Origin: a virus
Taxonomy: Duplodnaviria > Caudoviricetes
Reading direction: 5' to 3' (one strand)
DNA: 40,959 bases
IMG/VR virus record: IMGVR_UViG_3300006193_000016
Span: 1 to 40,959 of that record
Below, one piece after another: positions 38,181 to 40,959 of this stretch. The notes beneath the pieces were generated by a model. The model was not told the origin of the DNA and made no database searches. It saw only the letters and a program-made list of their open reading frames with translations. Every line of letters starts with the position of its first letter. Within the stretch, counting starts at the first letter, position 1. The translations under genes were made by a program, and so were the position numbers.

Positions 38181-38801
38181 ATGTCAAAGCCATTATTAGT
38201 AGAATATATGCAATTTAATCCAATTGGTTCACTTAACGAATCCAATGGTGCAAAATATGGAATACCAGGCGGATTTGTAGTGCAAGGTATATTGCAACGG
38301 TCCGAAGCTAAAAACCACAACGGTAGAGTATATCCTAAAAGTATTTTAATGCGGGAATGTCAACGTTACCAAAAAGAATATATAGATCAAAACCGAGCAC
38401 TCGGCGAATTAGATCATCCAGAGTCTAGTGTTGTTAACTTAAACAATGTATCCCATAATGTTTTAAAAATATGGTGGGAAGGTGATGATTTAAAAGGCGT
38501 AGTACAAGTATTAGATACACCATCGGGTAAAATATTAAAGTCATTGTTTAAGGAAGGTATCACATTAGGAATATCTAGTAGAGGCTTAGGCAGTGTAAAA
38601 GAGCTGCGTAACGAAGGCGTAGTTGAAGTTCAAGATGATTTTGAATTGATTTGTTGGGACTTTGTTAGTAATCCATCGACGCAAGGTGCATTTATGGGAA
38701 TGATGAAAGAATCAGTTAATAAAACAATAACAAATAAATACGGTAATGTAAATGACATAATCACATCGATACTATGTGAAGATGGAAAATGTAGGATATA
38801 A
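38181..38801 (+). CDS. Prohead core protease (T4 gp21-like)
   Basis: NHNGRVYP, GELDHP, VSH, GISSRGLGS, WDFVSNPS. Confidence 0.95.
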   Translation: MSKPLLVEYMQFNPIGSLNESNGAKYGIPGGFVVQGILQRSEAKNHNGRVYPKSILMRECQRYQKEYIDQNRALGELDHPESSVVNLNNVSHNVLKIWWEGDDLKGVVQVLDTPSGKILKSLFKEGITLGISSRGLGSVKELRNEGVVEVQDDFELICWDFVSNPSTQGAFMGMMKESVNKTITNKYGNVNDIITSILCEDGKCRI

Positions 38802-38804
38802 ATT

Positions 38805-39221
38805 ATGATGAAATTTGAAGCAAAAAATTTAAATGCAATACGAGATTTACTCTATGAGCAAAACATAAAAAAAGAAACTGTGTTTGGAGATGAACCAACA
38901 CCATTGACGACTGAACAAAAAAGACAATTTGTAGAAGCATGTAAAACATTTTCACATATGGGTGAATCTGTATATGGATCCGGTAAACTTACCGAGATTG
39001 TAGAACGAATTTCAAGCATAGTAGAAACAGCATCTCAACTTGTAACAGAAGAAGGCGAAATGGTAGACAGCATAAGCGCTACTCGTCAAATGAAAGGAAC
39101 AAAAGAAGCTTTAAAGGAATTTCAAAAGTCTGCAAATGAAGTAATGATCCACGAACGTAGAATGGCAGCAGCATTTGAAGATATCGCAGAAGGTATTCAA
39201 AAATATTTCGACGTAGGATAA
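38805..39221 (+). CDS. Hypothetical head-module protein
   Basis: 138-aa helical ORF. Confidence 0.8.
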   Translation: MMKFEAKNLNAIRDLLYEQNIKKETVFGDEPTPLTTEQKRQFVEACKTFSHMGESVYGSGKLTEIVERISSIVETASQLVTEEGEMVDSISATRQMKGTKEALKEFQKSANEVMIHERRMAAAFEDIAEGIQKYFDVG

Positions 39222-39222
39222 T

Positions 39223-39251
39223 TTGGACGTTTGAATATTTATTTATATAAT
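39223..39251 (+). promoter_or_regulatory. Class A promoter (TTGGAC-17-TATAAT) overlapping a class B motif
   Basis: -35 at 39223-28, -10 at 39246-51, ATATTTAT at 39235-42. Confidence 0.6.
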
Positions 39252-39259
39252 ATAAAAGA

Positions 39260-39757
39260 ATGATAATGAGTAAGTTTAAAAAATTGTATCGAGACTTTTT
39301 TAGTTTAAAAGAAGCTTCTGCAGAACAACAAGCTGACTATAATGTTGAATTAGAAAAAACTAAAGAACTAATGCAACAAGTAAGTGATACAGCAAAAGAC
39401 GCTGGTTTAACAGAAACTGAACTAGACGAAGCTCAATTAGTAAATAACCTAACAGATTATAATGGACATGTTATATATCAATTACGTGACCCACAAGAAT
39501 CTAATGCCGTAGCCAAAGACATTCAACGATGGACTACTAAAAAAGGATTTACTATCATTGCTCACAAAAAATCAAAAACAGGACGCACCGGATATTTTTA
39601 TTTCCGCATAGGAGAAGACCCAGGCAGCGAATCACAAAAGATTCAAGGCTATTTTGCACAACTTCCAGAATTAACTAAGTTTGCATTTAAAAAACCAGGA
39701 GCATCTGCACCAGCTCCACAAATGGCACCACGCAGAAAACAATTTAGAAAAATTTAA
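39260..39757 (+). CDS. Hypothetical protein (start 39260 or 39266)
   Basis: 165-aa ORF upstream of bS21. Confidence 0.8.
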   Translation: MIMSKFKKLYRDFFSLKEASAEQQADYNVELEKTKELMQQVSDTAKDAGLTETELDEAQLVNNLTDYNGHVIYQLRDPQESNAVAKDIQRWTTKKGFTIIAHKKSKTGRTGYFYFRIGEDPGSESQKIQGYFAQLPELTKFAFKKPGASAPAPQMAPRRKQFRKI

Positions 39758-39767
39758 AACCAGTTAT

Positions 39768-40007
39768 ATGAACAAAAAAGAAAAACACCACAACAGCATC
39801 ATTAGCGGTGCATCATCGTCTATTAGAGTAGTAGGCAAAGACATTGGATTTGCATTACGAGCATTTAAAGCAAAAGTAAAACACATGGGTGTTTTAGACT
39901 CAATTAAAGAAAATCGAACATTTTCGAAACCTAGTGTAAAACGACGAGCTCAACTTATCAATGCAAAATATATGCAAAAGATTCGAGATATACATCAATA
40001 CGATTAA
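39768..40007 (+). CDS. rpsU: Phage-encoded 30S ribosomal protein bS21 (79 aa)
   Basis: IRVVGKDIGFALRAFKAKVKHMGVLDSIKENRTFSKPSVKRRAQ is the S21 signature. ATG39768 follows the upstream stop; the track's 39681 start overlaps the previous gene. Confidence 0.9.
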   Translation: MNKKEKHHNSIISGASSSIRVVGKDIGFALRAFKAKVKHMGVLDSIKENRTFSKPSVKRRAQLINAKYMQKIRDIHQYD

Positions 40008-40027
40008 TATATAAATAACATTAATTT

Positions 40028-40057
40028 AAGTCCTAGCAGAAATGTTAGGGCTTTTTT
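40028..40057 (+). terminator. Intrinsic terminator after bS21
   Basis: AAGTCCTAGCA-GAAA-TGTTAGGGCTT stem with a GNRA loop, then TTTT. Confidence 0.85.
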
Positions 40058-40077
40058 ACTGTTTTTATACTAGCCTT

Positions 40078-40185
40078 ATATTTATATTGGAAATACGCTA
40101 TTTTATATATAGTGTCTATAAAAAACAAATTCTATTAAGATTTCAAATAATCTTATTTCCAAAAACAAATTTAAGGAGAAAACAA
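40078..40185 (+). promoter_or_regulatory. Class B promoter, structured 5' leader and SD of the scaffold operon
   Basis: ATATTTAT at 40078; three stems in 40087-40162; AAGGAG at 40173-78. Confidence 0.55.
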
Positions 40186-40959
40186 ATGGCAAAATCAGAT
40201 TTGCTAAAAGAAGCAATTGCGGATGCTAAAGCTGTTAAAGAAACTGCATTAGCCAACGCAAAAATTGCATTACAAGAAGCTTTCCATCCTAGAATGCAAA
40301 GTATGATGTCAGCTAAGATATCCGAAGAACTCGATGAGCAAGACGATGAAATGGACTTAGATGCAGAATTAGCCGGCGATGAAATGCCAGTTGATGACAT
40401 GGCACCAGCAGGTGACGACATGGCAATGGATGATATGGGTGACGAAGGCGAAGCGATGGATGTTGGTGATCTAGAACTAGATACCGATATGGATGGGGAA
40501 ATTGACTTTACTGGTGACATTATGTCAAAACCAGGAATGGAAGCAGAACCAGAAATGGAACCGGGTATGGATGATATGGGTGATGTACCTGTAGATGACA
40601 TGGAAGGCGACGCAGGAATGGGTGACGATATGGGTGACGATTTAGGCATCGAAGAAATCATTAGAGAGTTAGAAGAAGATTTAGAAGCAGAAGGTATGCG
40701 AGGAAATCCTATTAACGCTGAAGAAGACGAACCAGTAATGGAAAATTATTCCGAAGAAGATACTGGTATCGACAAAGGCGAAGTTTTAGAAAACAAATCT
40801 ATTGACGAACTTATCGAAGCAATCTTAGCTGAAGAGGAAGACGAAGAAGAAAAAGAAGACGACAAAAAAGAAGAAAAAGAAGAAATTAGCGAAGTAAAAG
40901 CTGATCTCGAAGAAGCTTACCGTACGGTTAAACATCTTCAATCAGTAATCAACGAAGTT
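40186..40959 (+). CDS. Prohead scaffold/core protein (gp22-like), 3'-truncated, not in the ORF track
   Basis: Open frame from ATG40186 to the window end: MAKSDLLKEAIADAKAVKETALANAKIALQEAF, then an extremely Asp/Glu/Met-rich region; lies downstream of the protease. Confidence 0.8.
   Translation, partial: MAKSDLLKEAIADAKAVKETALANAKIALQEAFHPRMQSMMSAKISEELDEQDDEMDLDAELAGDEMPVDDMAPAGDDMAMDDMGDEGEAMDVGDLELDTDMDGEIDFTGDIMSKPGMEAEPEMEPGMDDMGDVPVDDMEGDAGMGDDMGDDLGIEEIIRELEEDLEAEGMRGNPINAEEDEPVMENYSEEDTGIDKGEVLENKSIDELIEAILAEEEDEEEKEDDKKEEKEEISEVKADLEEAYRTVKHLQSVINEV

Noticed and set aside
39681-39767. Longer N-terminus for bS21 in the ORF track
   Set aside because: The TTG start overlaps the upstream gene; ATG39768 fits the spacing and the family size.
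40330-40900. GATGA/GACGA/GAAGA repeats
   Set aside because: Low-complexity acidic scaffold coding sequence.
1-40959. tRNA, rRNA, CRISPR array, intron, intein or IS element
   Set aside because: None recognised. Intergenic gaps are short, and terminase, primase and portal look uninterrupted. A covariance-model search was not run.

Overview
This AT-rich window comes from a large tailed dsDNA phage with a T4-like head module and a myovirus-type baseplate. All credible genes are on the + strand in the standard code. Left to right it carries: a truncated UV-damage endonuclease (uvsE), an HD hydrolase and a phage sigma factor; a baseplate/tail block (gp5-, gp25- and gp6-like plus large Ser/Gly-rich virion proteins); a minimal kinase; a replication island (T7 endonuclease I-like resolvase, DnaG primase, fused SbcD-SbcC); a three-domain HIGH-nucleotidyltransferase / possible RNase / RNA-ligase-like protein; then large terminase, portal, prohead protease, a phage-encoded ribosomal protein bS21 and a truncated acidic scaffold. 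The bS21 sequence and an Ala-Gln signal peptide suggest a Bacteroidota host (inference). The best leads are: (1) putative head-packaged, protease-processed effectors, including the ligase polyprotein and the kinase; (2) two promoter classes, TTGGAN-17-TATWAT and ATATTTAT; (3) a promoter nested inside a terminator; (4) two candidate structured RNAs; (5) a [S/T][G/A/S]S motif that recurs in virion proteins; (6) a tail-collar domain apparently split across genes. All calls come from motif recognition by eye; no searches or folding programs were run.
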